From Nemertoderma westbladi (lineage: Eukaryota > Animalia > Xenacoelomorpha), in NCBI GenBank assembly GCA_032718475.1, contig JAUCBJ010008562.1, positions 62,001 through 126,000 of the forward strand: a DNA stretch of 64,000 bases, in the 5' to 3' direction. Under the pieces are notes generated by a model, which had not been told where the DNA came from, searched no databases, and was given only the letters and a program-made list of their open reading frames with translations. Shown here piece after piece: positions 11,712-22,599 of the stretch. The position numbers were made by a program, and so were the translations under genes. Position 1 is the first letter of the stretch, and each line of letters opens with the position of its first letter.

Positions 11712-12215
11712 TGTTAGTTCACGCCTCCCCGCCGTGTGTGAAGAGTAAATGAAAATGAGTAAATGAGTTCGCGTCCTTCGTTGTATATAATGATCGGTAT
11801 AAAGATATAGATATAGGTTGTTGTACACGGAAGGCGGGATATGGTAACTAAAGTCCCGGTCCTTCCCTAGCTAAACTATCTAACCTAAACTAGCACCAAT
11901 ACTGCACTGAGATAACTGAACTGATATGATTACTGCCAAGTGGCTATATTGCACGGTTGGCCTTGTTACTCTACCTAATCGATGCCTTTCCCCCCTCTGA
12001 TTGGTTGATACCCTTGTTGGCGCCCTTTGGAGTGTTCCCGTTCACTCCACCTGTTCTCTCTGGGTTAGGGGTTTGGCCCCTGACCCTCACTGTGTGCTTC
12101 TCCTTCCCATTCTTATTGGGGTGGCACGAGTTGGTTGATTACCCAATCTCGTGGCCCCCAATATTGCTTATCGGCTTAACTTTATGGGGTGTTAGCGGGA
12201 TTGAATAAGCTAACA
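11712..12215 (-). mobile_element. Probable 5' LTR of the gag-protease element
   Basis: Terminal inverted TGTTAG...CTAACA, minus-strand CCAAT boxes, ~140 bp upstream of the gag ATG; no second copy in window. Confidence 0.6.
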
Positions 12216-12643
12216 TTTTACATACTAGTTATAAATGCAGAGTTCAATGAGTCAGTATGTCGGTAGGTGCCGAGATAATAGATTTACGTTCATGTAATCA
12301 AAGCCATCAGATGTTTAGGCCAAAGTCTGAAACTTCCAAAACAGAAGCACAGAAGAATTCTAAGCCGGTTCTCTGGCTCAGAAAGGTAAACAAAGACCGT
12401 AATGCATTGCGCGGTTTTCTGTAGGCCTCTGTCAGAAATAAAGTGAAAATCGCTCTGATTGGCTGAGCAGAACAAAGAGATTCCACGTCTACAGGAAACC
12501 AGCTGACAGATTTCGTCATCTAAGCTCCAATCCTTTAGAGTATTATGCGCATTGCGGCAAAAATGACTTGTTATGTCCGCTAAAGCACCTACACCGTGCA
12601 TTGCGGGGAAAAATGACTTGTTATGTCCGCAAAAGCTTTTACA
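12216..12643 (-). repeat. 3' LTR (U3 part, apparently truncated at 12216)
   Basis: Matches 34006-34433; homology stops where the neighbouring element's LTR begins. Confidence 0.8.
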
Positions 12644-12721
12644 CCGCTCCCAGAAAATGGGATTTGAGTCTATTAAAATATAAAAATAACAGTTTCTAAA
12701 ATATAAAAATACTCTAAACGA

Positions 12722-14921
12722 TTAGTCCTTCTTACGTGAACGGCGTTTACGAAGTTTTTTGAGGCTAGCAAGAGTCCTTTTCTCTTTGGGGCGAGCCACT
12801 TTACTAGGAGGGCTATAACTCCTGGGTGAGGGGTGCAATACGATTGCATTGGAAGGTTTAGGGTTACGGTCCGTGTATCCGCCGGTCGAGGTACCCGATT
12901 GATCGATATCAACCTCAGTGGAACGAGGTCGAATAACCTTGAGAGCGCGTTTCAAGACAGCAGCCCTTACTGGTCCCTGACGTGTCGTTTGCACGAGAGC
13001 GGTAGGTGGACCGTGAGTAGTGAGAAATTTCCTCGGTTTGATGGTTCTTTCTAACTCGCGTTCTCGGGCTCTATATTCATAGGGTCGTCTATGAACTTCT
13101 TGTAGTTCAAGTTGCGAGTTTATGAACAAGTCACCGCGGGATTTATCAATGGTAGAAACTTTAAACTGTATGTAGAATCTTCTGGTTTCACCATATAATA
13201 TTGAGTTAAATTGACATAATAAGGGTGGTCTTTGATTCCATAAAATGAGTTCGGTAAAGGTCTAGCGTGTAGGTTGACCTCGTGTACCATACGACGGACA
13301 AGATCCGCTCGATTGTCCGGAGGTTCAACGAGTATACCATCGACACGAGCGGCTTCGATTGGCGGACGTTGTAACATAGGAGCATCAGCGATAAGATCTC
13401 GAGATCTTAACGCTCGAGAGTTTGTCTCCGAAATGGGGAACCATCGAGGGATGAATGATGGTTTTGGAATAGAGATCAGTCATAAGGATTTGAGCTTCTG
13501 GTTGGGCTAAAGCTGCTTCTTCTCTCTCATCCATTTCGATGTGCTTCTCCTCGAGCTGATTTTCCTCCGCTTGTCGTTGGAAGCGTTCGTCCAAAAACTC
13601 TTGCAGAGAATAGGTTCGTCCAAGTTCGAGGTCTTCCTCGAGGTTCTGGATTTCTCGATCGAACTGGGGTAAGGCCAATTCCTTTACTGCTTGGACTTGT
13701 TGCTGCAATTTACGTTTATCTAAACAATCGTAAGTTCCTTTTCCGATCTTTTGCCGAATAGCGTCTAACGCGTTTCGTACAACGCTCTCCTCCACCTCAG
13801 TGACGGGTTGTATCGGGGTTAAACCAGGACGATTATATGGGTTGAACGGCGATATTAAATGTCCGTGTCCCAATCCGGCTAGGTAGGATGGGCGAATATC
13901 TAGAGAGCCCACTACCGGAGTGCCTCCGATTAATTTTTCGGGTAACACTAGATCTTTGAACAGTGAGTACAGTTCGGGAGGATCCGTAATACTATTAGGA
14001 TCAAGAGTCTGAGGTCTCACTAGAGAATGAGGAGGTCTGACCGAGTATTCCGGAACTCTGATCATAGGTTTATTTAAGGATCGATTGAGTCGAGCGAGCA
14101 TAGGTGACACATCGAACAAGTTTCGCTCGAAACTCCCGTAAGTATAGCGAGTAAAACTGTGTTTAGCGCAACGTCTCCACGGATGTTTATGTCTTTCCGT
14201 TTGTTGGTTGGGTCTAGGGCATTCATCGCAATAATACCAAAGACGCACTTCTTGTAGGGGAAACGCGGGTGATCTTTCTCCAGTTTTACAATATTACTCC
14301 ATCTGTTCGAAGCTATCCGGTACAACAGGTAGCGGTCGATCGGCGGTAAGATACATCATAGTAAAATAGAGTCGTTTGAGTTCTTATCATAGGGTCAGGA
14401 AGTATACCTTGCATAGGGAAGGAATGTATACCTTGAGGATATCGAGTTTCTAGGTTTTGTTGACTGGCTACATTGAGATATGTTTCTCTCAAGAATTCCA
14501 AATAGTCGTTGAAGTCACTACGTTTATCCGGCTCTTCAACGTCTTCTCTTTCGAGTTGGTTTCGAATATAATTTTTGTGTTTGATTCTCAGTTTATCGTT
14601 CCGACTCCGCTGGGTATGATATTTAAAAAGGATCATTTCCCTTTCGGTGTTTACATCGTCCGTATCGTGTAAATCGATAGGATGGCCAGTAGTTAAGAAG
14701 TCCATATACGTACCATTACGATGCGTTTAGCGAGCGGTGAATTTTCTATAGTCCAATTCACGCGTGAGCTGTTCCTTTGACATTGGCGGTTCGATATAAC
14801 GGCCATCGTCCTCCGTAGTGGGTTGACTAGCGTCGCCGCGTATTAAACTATCAACAAACGCTTGCAATGGTAGGGTATATCGCTCCCTGATACCAAGATC
14901 ATCTTCTATCAACTCAGTCAT
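12722..14921 (-). pseudogene. Orphan ~730-aa accessory ORF in env position, broken by one stop and several frameshifts
   Basis: Co-oriented abutting ORFs 14727-14921, 14313-14705, 14074-14325, 13385-14248, 13120-13377, 12722-13129. Contains CDEC..H.H...C..H, an acidic coiled segment and a C-terminal KKLRKRRSRKKD. Confidence 0.7.
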
Positions 14922-15732
14922 AGCTGCTATATGAGTTTATCGATATTATAATTAATTATAATTAGGCTAGCGGTCGTCGAGGCCTCCCCCTCAATGCCCC
15001 CGGACAGCACAAGCTCCTCAGCGCTGATGTACTGTCGCCGCTGTGTCTCTCGCCAATGTAGTAGCTACACAACGACAACAATAACCAGCGCGAGTCACTC
15101 CACTGTCCGTCCCAAGGGCTCAGAATTACTTCAGGTTCTTGCTACAGAGGTAGGGTAACTTTCACAACTGCGACTCGCTACTGTAAACACACTTTAGTAG
15201 TAACATTCACCTATAAACGCACAAATTCCACACAACTGTCACAAATTGTACACATTCGGGTCATTTGTCCATTAGTCAAGTGCCTTCCAGAATGCCACGT
15301 TATTATTATGTATCCCTGGATACTAGCAGTGTGTTATTTATTCCGTATGCTATTCAATGGGGCAAGCTTTCTATTGTTCTTTAGACTCGCTTCTAATTCT
15401 AGCGTGGTTGTTGCTATGGTGACATTATGGAAAGCTAGCAGTAGAATTAGGGTAATTCTCATGCATACAGATCTGGAATGCTATTTAATAGTAATTCTTT
15501 AATTGTCAATATTCCCCTTTATACATGATTTTATGAATTTTATCGGCTATTGACTATATGTTAGAGATTCTCGCACACTAATATACTTAATAGGGTGAAT
15601 CTCCGCTCCCATGATCTATTAATTAATGGAATTTTGGGAATGTTATAAATTGTATAAAATGACAATTTTTCAAATTCATGAGAGGATATGAATTTAAAAT
15701 TTATTCCCGTAAATTTTATTATTAATATTAAA

Positions 15733-16125
15733 ATGGGCACAATTTTATTCCAGAGCATGTCTGGGGACTAGGATCCTTAATTCTAGGAACTTTGTCTTTT
15801 TAAGATAATTGGTAAGTGCTACGATATCTTAATTGACTAGAATTTTAAAGGATCTGAATTTTAACAGATTTTGGATTTCTAGATTTTCTTAGTTTACAAA
15901 CTCCTTAGAGTTTATTTGTATGCATTTACTCTATTATAACATTTGTTTTAATAGATTTTTATAAATATTAAATATTTAATATTTAAGATGGGCACCGATT
16001 TATTCCAGAACTTGTCCGGGGACGTTAACCACTGATTCTAGAATTTTGTCTTTCAAGTATATCGGTGGGTGCCGCGATATATTAATCGACTAGAATTACA
16101 GATGGTCAAAGGGTTTAACAGATTT
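15733..16125 (-). ncRNA. Two diverged copies (15733-15870, 15988-16125) of a candidate pseudoknotted RNA element
   Basis: Stems are kept between copies despite sequence change; two non-canonical pairs in copy B are G.U on the minus strand (see findings). Confidence 0.55.
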
Positions 16126-16568
16126 ATTTTGCGTTTCACGCTACTGTTAAAGGGACATCACGCTACTATATGTATTATTTAATATACGGTATGAGAGCAA
16201 TATTGCAAGGAGCAATGTCAGTGAGAAGAGGCAAGTCGTTTCCAAGGTCTACCCAGAGCTTGGTTTAGCCGAGACACGAGGATCTGAACTTTGCATTCCT
16301 AATACTCTACTTACCAATAATACTTGAGTATAGTAGGAGCTTTATTGTACTTTAATAAGTACGGATATTTCATCTTACTGTAGTCACGCATTTATAATAT
16401 GATACGGACAGTAAGGAAAAAGAAAAAGAATTATTTCTCACCGTTACACTAAATATATAATGTTAAGTAATTAAGTAATAAACACGAGTATATATATTGC
16501 ACTAATCTACTAAATAATCGCTAAAATAACATTTTACTAAATAAAATTAAAGATAACGATTATAATAA

Positions 16569-17850
16569 CGGATCCCAGACTCTCATCTCGGACGAGGGAG
16601 TGCAGCAGGGGGACTCGGACGGACCGCCCCTCTTCGGTGATACCGTAAACCCCGTCGTCCAGGCTAGGCGGTCCAGCTTTAATGTCTGGTACCTTGATGA
16701 CGGTAACTTGGCGGATGACTACCATGTGGTTCTGCAGGACTTGCGGGAAGTGATTGTTGAGGGGGGGGAAGTGCGGGTTGAGGATAAACCCTGGGAAGAG
16801 TGAACTTTTCTTCCTAGGGCCGGAGACAGAGGAATCTCGCGCGTGTATCCAGTTGGAGTTCAACTCAGTCTGCCCTGGTATCAAGTACCCACCCCTTGAA
16901 CAGCTGTCAATTCTGGGTGCCCCCATTGGTGATGCCGCTATAGCATCCTGCCTCGCATCAAAGATAGGGGACCTCTCGACCCTAGCCTGCCGCATACCTC
17001 TACTAGATGCCCACCACGGCTTCTTCCTCCTAAAGAATTCATTTGCCATACCTCGGCTAACCTATTTCCTCCGGACAGCGCCGTGCTTCCTATTCCCTGA
17101 ATTACTTAAGAACTACGACGATATCCTCCGAAGTACCCTGCAGGAAGTTGCTAACACTAATATCAGCGACCCAGCCTGGGACCAGGCCTGCCTCCCCACA
17201 CGGGTGGGCGGTCTCGGACTGAGTTCGGCAGTGCAGCTCGCACCATCCGCCTTACTGGCTTCCGCGGCTGCCCGTTCTGCTCTGTCCGACCGCCTGCTCC
17301 ACTCAGTGGGGGTGGTGAGCCCAACCAACGAGTTGGCCTGGGAGTTCTGGATATACTCCCTCCCTTCGGACGCTACTCTACCCTCTATGACTGCTCAGAG
17401 TGCGTGGGTGGCCCCAGTCCACTCGGCTAACCTCGCAGCGCTGCATCTAGTTGCATCCCCAGTCGACCTTGCTAGGTTAATTTCCCTGGACCACCCAGTT
17501 GCCGGATGCTGGCTCAGTGCTCTACCCATCTCGTCGTTGGGACTGAAGCTGGTTGACAGCCAGTTCCGCATCGCCGTTGCCATGCTTGAATGTTGCGTTG
17601 CTGGGATGTAAGGTAGGCCAGCTTCCTCCAGGAAGTCGGGGCGTGTCTTCATGCTCAGACCCATGAGCAACGGTCGCACCAGTTTTTGCTGCAATGCTTG
17701 GCGGTGGCAATTCTCATGGGAAACGCGGCGTCGGTGGTGGGAACCGTGGACACACCCTTCCACTACATCGGACTGTTTGATGGGGTTGAGGGGTGATGGT
17801 GACTGTAACACAAGCGCCTGGCACAGCACCGCGTCAGGAAAAACAACTTA
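16569..17850 (+). mobile_element. 5'-truncated CRE-type (RLE) non-LTR retrotransposon fragment
   Basis: EGVQQGD..GPPLF, VWYLDDG, ILGAPIG, W.QACLPTRVGGLGL, and terminal FLLQCLAVAILMGNAASVVGTV; the zinc finger/RLE core appears deleted; no TSD found. Confidence 0.75.
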
Positions 17851-18156
17851 TTAACACTCGCAATTGAATAATCTAAATTTAAATTTTCCACTCTATAATC
17901 CAATTGATTTTTCTCATGATTCTCTGTCAATATGCAAATATTCAAATTGAAGCTCATGTTGATTGTGTTTTATACATATACATATATCTATACATTATTT
18001 ATTTGTGCAATGTTCTAAATTTTACTCTTTATTGATTGATTTATTAATATAGAATAAATAAAATACATTATAATAAAATTACATAATAATACATACATAA
18101 ATATAAAAATAATAAAATTATAAAATAATGTAGTCACACACCCACTCCGTACGTTG

Positions 18157-19335
18157 TTACGTTGGGGAGTCCCTAGATGTTTGTTGGATTAGGGAAGTGG
18201 TCGTGGGAAGAGTATCTTGCCTTCCATAGTTTCCGGATAGCTCTCTGTCTCGTTCCTGTAAACATAAACGACCAATTGGGTGATTGAGCTGCTGTGTTTT
18301 GAATACAATTCCAGGTTTCTTAAAGTTACGTCGCATGACGACGAGTTCTACCGATCGCACTAAACCATCATCGGATATATGAGTCTCGATGATACGACCT
18401 GTGTGCCACCGCTTACTTGGAAGATCTGATTCCACAATAAGGACCATGTCTCCGGCGCTGACGTTTTCTTGCTGCGCAAACCACTTGGTTCGAAGTTGTA
18501 GCGTAGGCAGATAATGTTTTTCGAAATGGTCAGCGAAACGACGGGATAATAACTGCATAAGTTGCCAAGTTTGTCGGCAGTATTCGTCTCCGTCCGTGAT
18601 TTCCGATTGTGGGAGCATGGCTACAGGTTTCTTCAGTAGGAAATGCGCGGGTGTTAGCGCTTCTAGGGAGTCGGGACTCGATGAGACTGGCATAAGCGGT
18701 CTCTCGTTAAGATAGGCGGCGATTTCTTCCATTAACGTCCGCAAAAGTTCGTCGGTGAGATACGCGCGGCAAGGCACTATAAAGTGAAATGCGGTCTTCA
18801 CGCTCCTTATTAATCTCTCCCAACTTCCTCCCCACCAAGGGGCGTCGGCGGCGTTGAAGGTCCAGCTAGATGCTGTTACCCTTAGCTGATCGTCCACCTG
18901 TCTTTGGTTCCAATCTTTAACGTAAGCCTTGATCTCATTATTGGCGCCAATGAAGTTCGTTCCCTTATCAGATCTCATCGTGTTGCTAGTTCCAAAGCGA
19001 GCGATCTGTCGGTGTAAACTCAGTATGAAGCTGTTGGTAGATAGATCGTTCACCATATCTAGATGGATCGCTCTACAAGTCATACAGACAAAGATGACAC
19101 ACCATTGCTTGACTATAGTCCTAGCACGATATACTTCAATAGGGCCAAATAAATCCACACCAGTATTAGTAAAGGGTGGTTCATAGAAGCTTACTCGTTC
19201 CCTAGGTAATTCTGCCTCTCGCTGTGTTAAAGGCCTACTGAATGCTTTCCTACAGGGTATACAGTTCCTAAGAACTTGGTTCAGAGCTCTACGGGGTTTA
19301 TGGAAATAATAGCGAGTTCGAATTTCGCTAAGAAC
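18157..19335 (-). CDS. pol: BEL/Pao integrase (disrupted at N-terminus)
   Basis: H..GRE / CIPC zinc motif, GVDLFGP, SDKGTNF, PWWGGSWERL, LTPAHFL, DGLVRSV. Confidence 0.92.
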   Translation of the reverse strand, partial: VLSEIRTRYYFHKPRRALNQVLRNCIPCRKAFSRPLTQREAELPRERVSFYEPPFTNTGVDLFGPIEVYRARTIVKQWCVIFVCMTCRAIHLDMVNDLSTNSFILSLHRQIARFGTSNTMRSDKGTNFIGANNEIKAYVKDWNQRQVDDQLRVTASSWTFNAADAPWWGGSWERLIRSVKTAFHFIVPCRAYLTDELLRTLMEEIAAYLNERPLMPVSSSPDSLEALTPAHFLLKKPVAMLPQSEITDGDEYCRQTWQLMQLLSRRFADHFEKHYLPTLQLRTKWFAQQENVSAGDMVLIVESDLPSKRWHTGRIIETHISDDGLVRSVELVVMRRNFKKPGIVFKTQQLNHPIGRLCLQERDRELSGNYGRQDTLPTTTSLIQQTSRDSPT

Positions 19336-20511
19336 TCATTCTCTACCAGCATGGTAAAGCCTACTGTGAACATCTACAATCATCTTGATTTGTATTTCAA
19401 GATTTCTAATGAGTATGGGAAATTTAGTGTCAAAGGATAATGGAGCATTAGTTAGTCTCCCTCCAACACGTATTAACCCATCTATCATTGTGCTAGAGAA
19501 ACGATCCCTTAAGCGCATCTGTGGATTTCTCAACAACAGGAAATACTTATCGGAATCTTCATAGCATTGCAGGAGTCTCAGTATCTGCTTATTGGTTTCT
19601 TCATGCTCTTGATAACTGATCTTCTCCGTCAGAAACCTATCCGACACTTTGTATTTGGGAAGATCTTTAATAGCATGGACCTGCTCGGATGTCAGTGGAG
19701 CGGTATCACTAGCGATCTTCGTCCTGGAGTAGTGATGATGGAAGCATCGCTTCAAATACACGACGGCCTTACAAAGCCGATTCCAGGAGCTATAGTGATT
19801 TATCGCTCTCTGCAGGAGAGGTGAGAGTCCCTGCGAGACGTCTGGTGTTCCAGATTTCCAGTCTCTTTCTCTGATGTCTACAACAGATTTATTTGTGGTG
19901 GGGGAGTTTAGATCCACAGCGTCGTCCCCGGAGATGTGTAGTACAGACAGATCTATCACGGGTTTAAATAACTTTGATTTACTCGTCCGGGTTTTAGGTT
20001 TGACTTTCTCCGCTCCCTTGGCTTGTCTAATCTCAGCCGTGGTGAGATGAGGAGGCCATTCATCCTCTTCTTTACTTAGGAAGTCGGGTCCACCTAACCA
20101 GTCTGGAGTATCTATCAGTTCTTGAGGAGTTGCTCCTCTGGAGGCGATGTCGGCTGGATTAATCGTCCCAGGGCAATGTCTCCATTGATCTACATTAGAG
20201 CGACTAAGTATAATGGCTACTCTGTTGGTAACGAAGACGCTGAACTGACAGACTTCATTGGTTATATACTCCAAAACGAGTAAAGCATCAGTCCAATAGA
20301 CAGTTTTCTCCAGTGGATAGTCGATCTGTTCTGTTACATTCCGGCCGATGGCTGTAGCGTATAGAGCCGCCTTTAACTCCGCTCGAGGAACTCGTAGTTT
20401 GTTGTTTATCAAGGCCTTAGAGGTGACCAAGGCAACTTTGATTCCATCCGGAGTTTCAACCCTCAGGTAGGCTACTATACCTATTCCCATATCGCTGGCG
20501 TCTCCAAACAC
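19336..20511 (-). CDS. pol: BEL/Pao RNase H region
   Basis: FGDAS, VPRAELKAA, YWTDA, NPADIASRG, WLGGPDFL, IRVGGRL. Confidence 0.92.
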   Translation of the reverse strand: MFGDASDMGIGIVAYLRVETPDGIKVALVTSKALINNKLRVPRAELKAALYATAIGRNVTEQIDYPLEKTVYWTDALLVLEYITNEVCQFSVFVTNRVAIILSRSNVDQWRHCPGTINPADIASRGATPQELIDTPDWLGGPDFLSKEEDEWPPHLTTAEIRQAKGAEKVKPKTRTSKSKLFKPVIDLSVLHISGDDAVDLNSPTTNKSVVDIRERDWKSGTPDVSQGLSPLLQRAINHYSSWNRLCKAVVYLKRCFHHHYSRTKIASDTAPLTSEQVHAIKDLPKYKVSDRFLTEKISYQEHEETNKQILRLLQCYEDSDKYFLLLRNPQMRLRDRFSSTMIDGLIRVGGRLTNAPLSFDTKFPILIRNLEIQIKMIVDVHSRLYHAGRE

Positions 20512-22585
20512 ATGGAGTTGATAGGAATACGTGGGGAGAATGTGACCAAAATATGAACGGGAAATCGTAAAGTTCTCGAATGGATGGTAGAGAATCTTCC
20601 CATTTCATCCACTTCTTTAGTAGTTCTCCCTTAAGTGGATCGTCCCACGAGTGGTTTTCAAGCCACATTTGTTGCACTAAGCTCCGAGCAACCAATATAA
20701 CTGGGCTAATAAATCCCAATGGATCGAAATAAGTGCTCAGGATACTTAGACAAATCCGTTTAGTTCTAACTGGATTATCTCGCTGTTTTAACTGGAAAAA
20801 CAAGATATCTCTCTCCGTGTCCCATTTCAAACCAAGCGTCTTGGTTTCCGGAAGATCGTCCTTGATGAGGTCCAGATCTTTAACACCTCGGTCTTCTACC
20901 GGGATCGATTCCAGAAACTCACGGGAGTTACTAGTGAATTTGGTTAGTCGAAATCCACCGCGTCGCAAACACTCTACCATTCCCTTGGCAACATCAATGG
21001 CTTCTTCCACCGATGGGAGGGACTTTAAATTGTCGTCCATGTATATATCCCGTTTGATGTTGTCGATAACCGCTTTAGAGAAGGCGTCTCGGTTGTCATC
21101 AGCAGTGGTGCGCACTACTGAACAAGCGTTCGAGGGGCTCGAGATGATCCCGAAAGCCTGGATGGTCATCCAGTACTCCACCGGTTTTTGGTTGAGGTCT
21201 CCTTCAGGCCACCACAGAAATCGTAGGCTGTCTCGATCCCTATCCAGCGCCTTGACTTATAAGAACATGCCTTCTATATCCGAAGCGAAAGCGATAGAAT
21301 ATTGCCGTAATCTTAATAGTATTCCCAACAAGAATTGGAGTAAGTTGGGTCCAGGCAACAATTCGGAATTCAGGGATTGGCCCATGTAAAGGGCGGAGCC
21401 GTCGAACACTACCCAGACTTCGTTGGGTTTACCGGGTTTGGGAACGTAATGATGTGTTAGATAATACGATCTCTCTGTGATGGGTGTTTCTTCCGGTACT
21501 CGCTCCGCGTATCCCTTATCGATAAATTTCTTCAGCTGGGTCTTATACATCTCCCTGGCTGAGACATTGGCCGTAAGACGCCGATGTAGTTGCGCGATTC
21601 TCTTCTCCGCTAAGGGTCGGTTATTTATAAAGTTGGGTTCTCGCCGTCGGAACGGAAGACCAATCTCATAGCGACCTTGATCTTTAAGAAAACGGGTAGT
21701 CGTTTCCTGAATCTGCTTGGCTCTCTCTTCCTCGACGGACAGGGCCTTGTCATAGGAATTAGGCTCTACTGATTCTTGAGTAAAGAATCGCACGGCGTGT
21801 TCATCGCGAATCTTATTGTTGTATCGATCTATCACCTTGTTTAATTCGTCGTTGTAGTTGAATTGTCCGCCATAATTTATGAGATGGCACAGGTTTACTT
21901 GGTTTCGCCAAGTTTCATTTTCGGTGAGGAGGTCGATTGTATTTTCCTCATCGAATAATTGGTTAATATCGTCATTATCTGAGGAGTATGGTGTTCCCTC
22001 AGTTGTGGTTTCTCCTTCACTGATTTCTTCTTCCCATTCACTCACCTGATGTATCTTTTCATTAGGTAGTCTTTCCATGAGTGTTCTATGGGAAGGTCCA
22101 GTGAAGTACCAACCTACTCTCGTTCTCCCCGCATATGTTTGTAATGGTTGCGGTCGAGCAGGCCGTTTTTCTAATGTTTCTAGCACCTCATGCGCATTTT
22201 GGCCAATCAATATCTGTACCCCTGGGTAGCCGGTGTTGAATCTAGGGATATCATGCTGCTGGGTAAAATGATCTTCATCCCAGTTATAAGGTTCCACTTG
22301 GCTGGTAGCAAAGTTCTTTATCGCCACCATTTTTACTGACCTTATGCTATGTTCTCCTAGTTCATCCTGGGGAGTGGACAACGCGCCTACATAGTAATCT
22401 GTAGCTACTGTGGATTTCCAAACCTGCATAATTCCTGAAAGGTTCAACTTAGTTCGGAACTTGGGTTGTCCAGCAAAGATGTCTTCGGCTAGATCTTTGT
22501 CGATGAATGTACCTGTGCTGCCGGAGTCAAGGAGGGCATTTACTATAAAACTCTTACCTAGCCCATGGACTCTCAGCTGCACCAC
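20456..22585 (-). CDS. pol: BEL/Pao protease + reverse transcriptase (disrupted)
   Basis: ALLDSGS, VVFDGS, SLNSELLPGPNL, SDIEGMF, YMDD, TLGLKWD, FDPLGF. Confidence 0.92.
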
Positions 22586-22599
22586 TGGGAATTCCCGGA

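Noticed and set aside
12722-14921. Envelope gene
   Set aside because: No signal peptide, hydrophobic TM segment or fusion-protein Cys pattern is visible.
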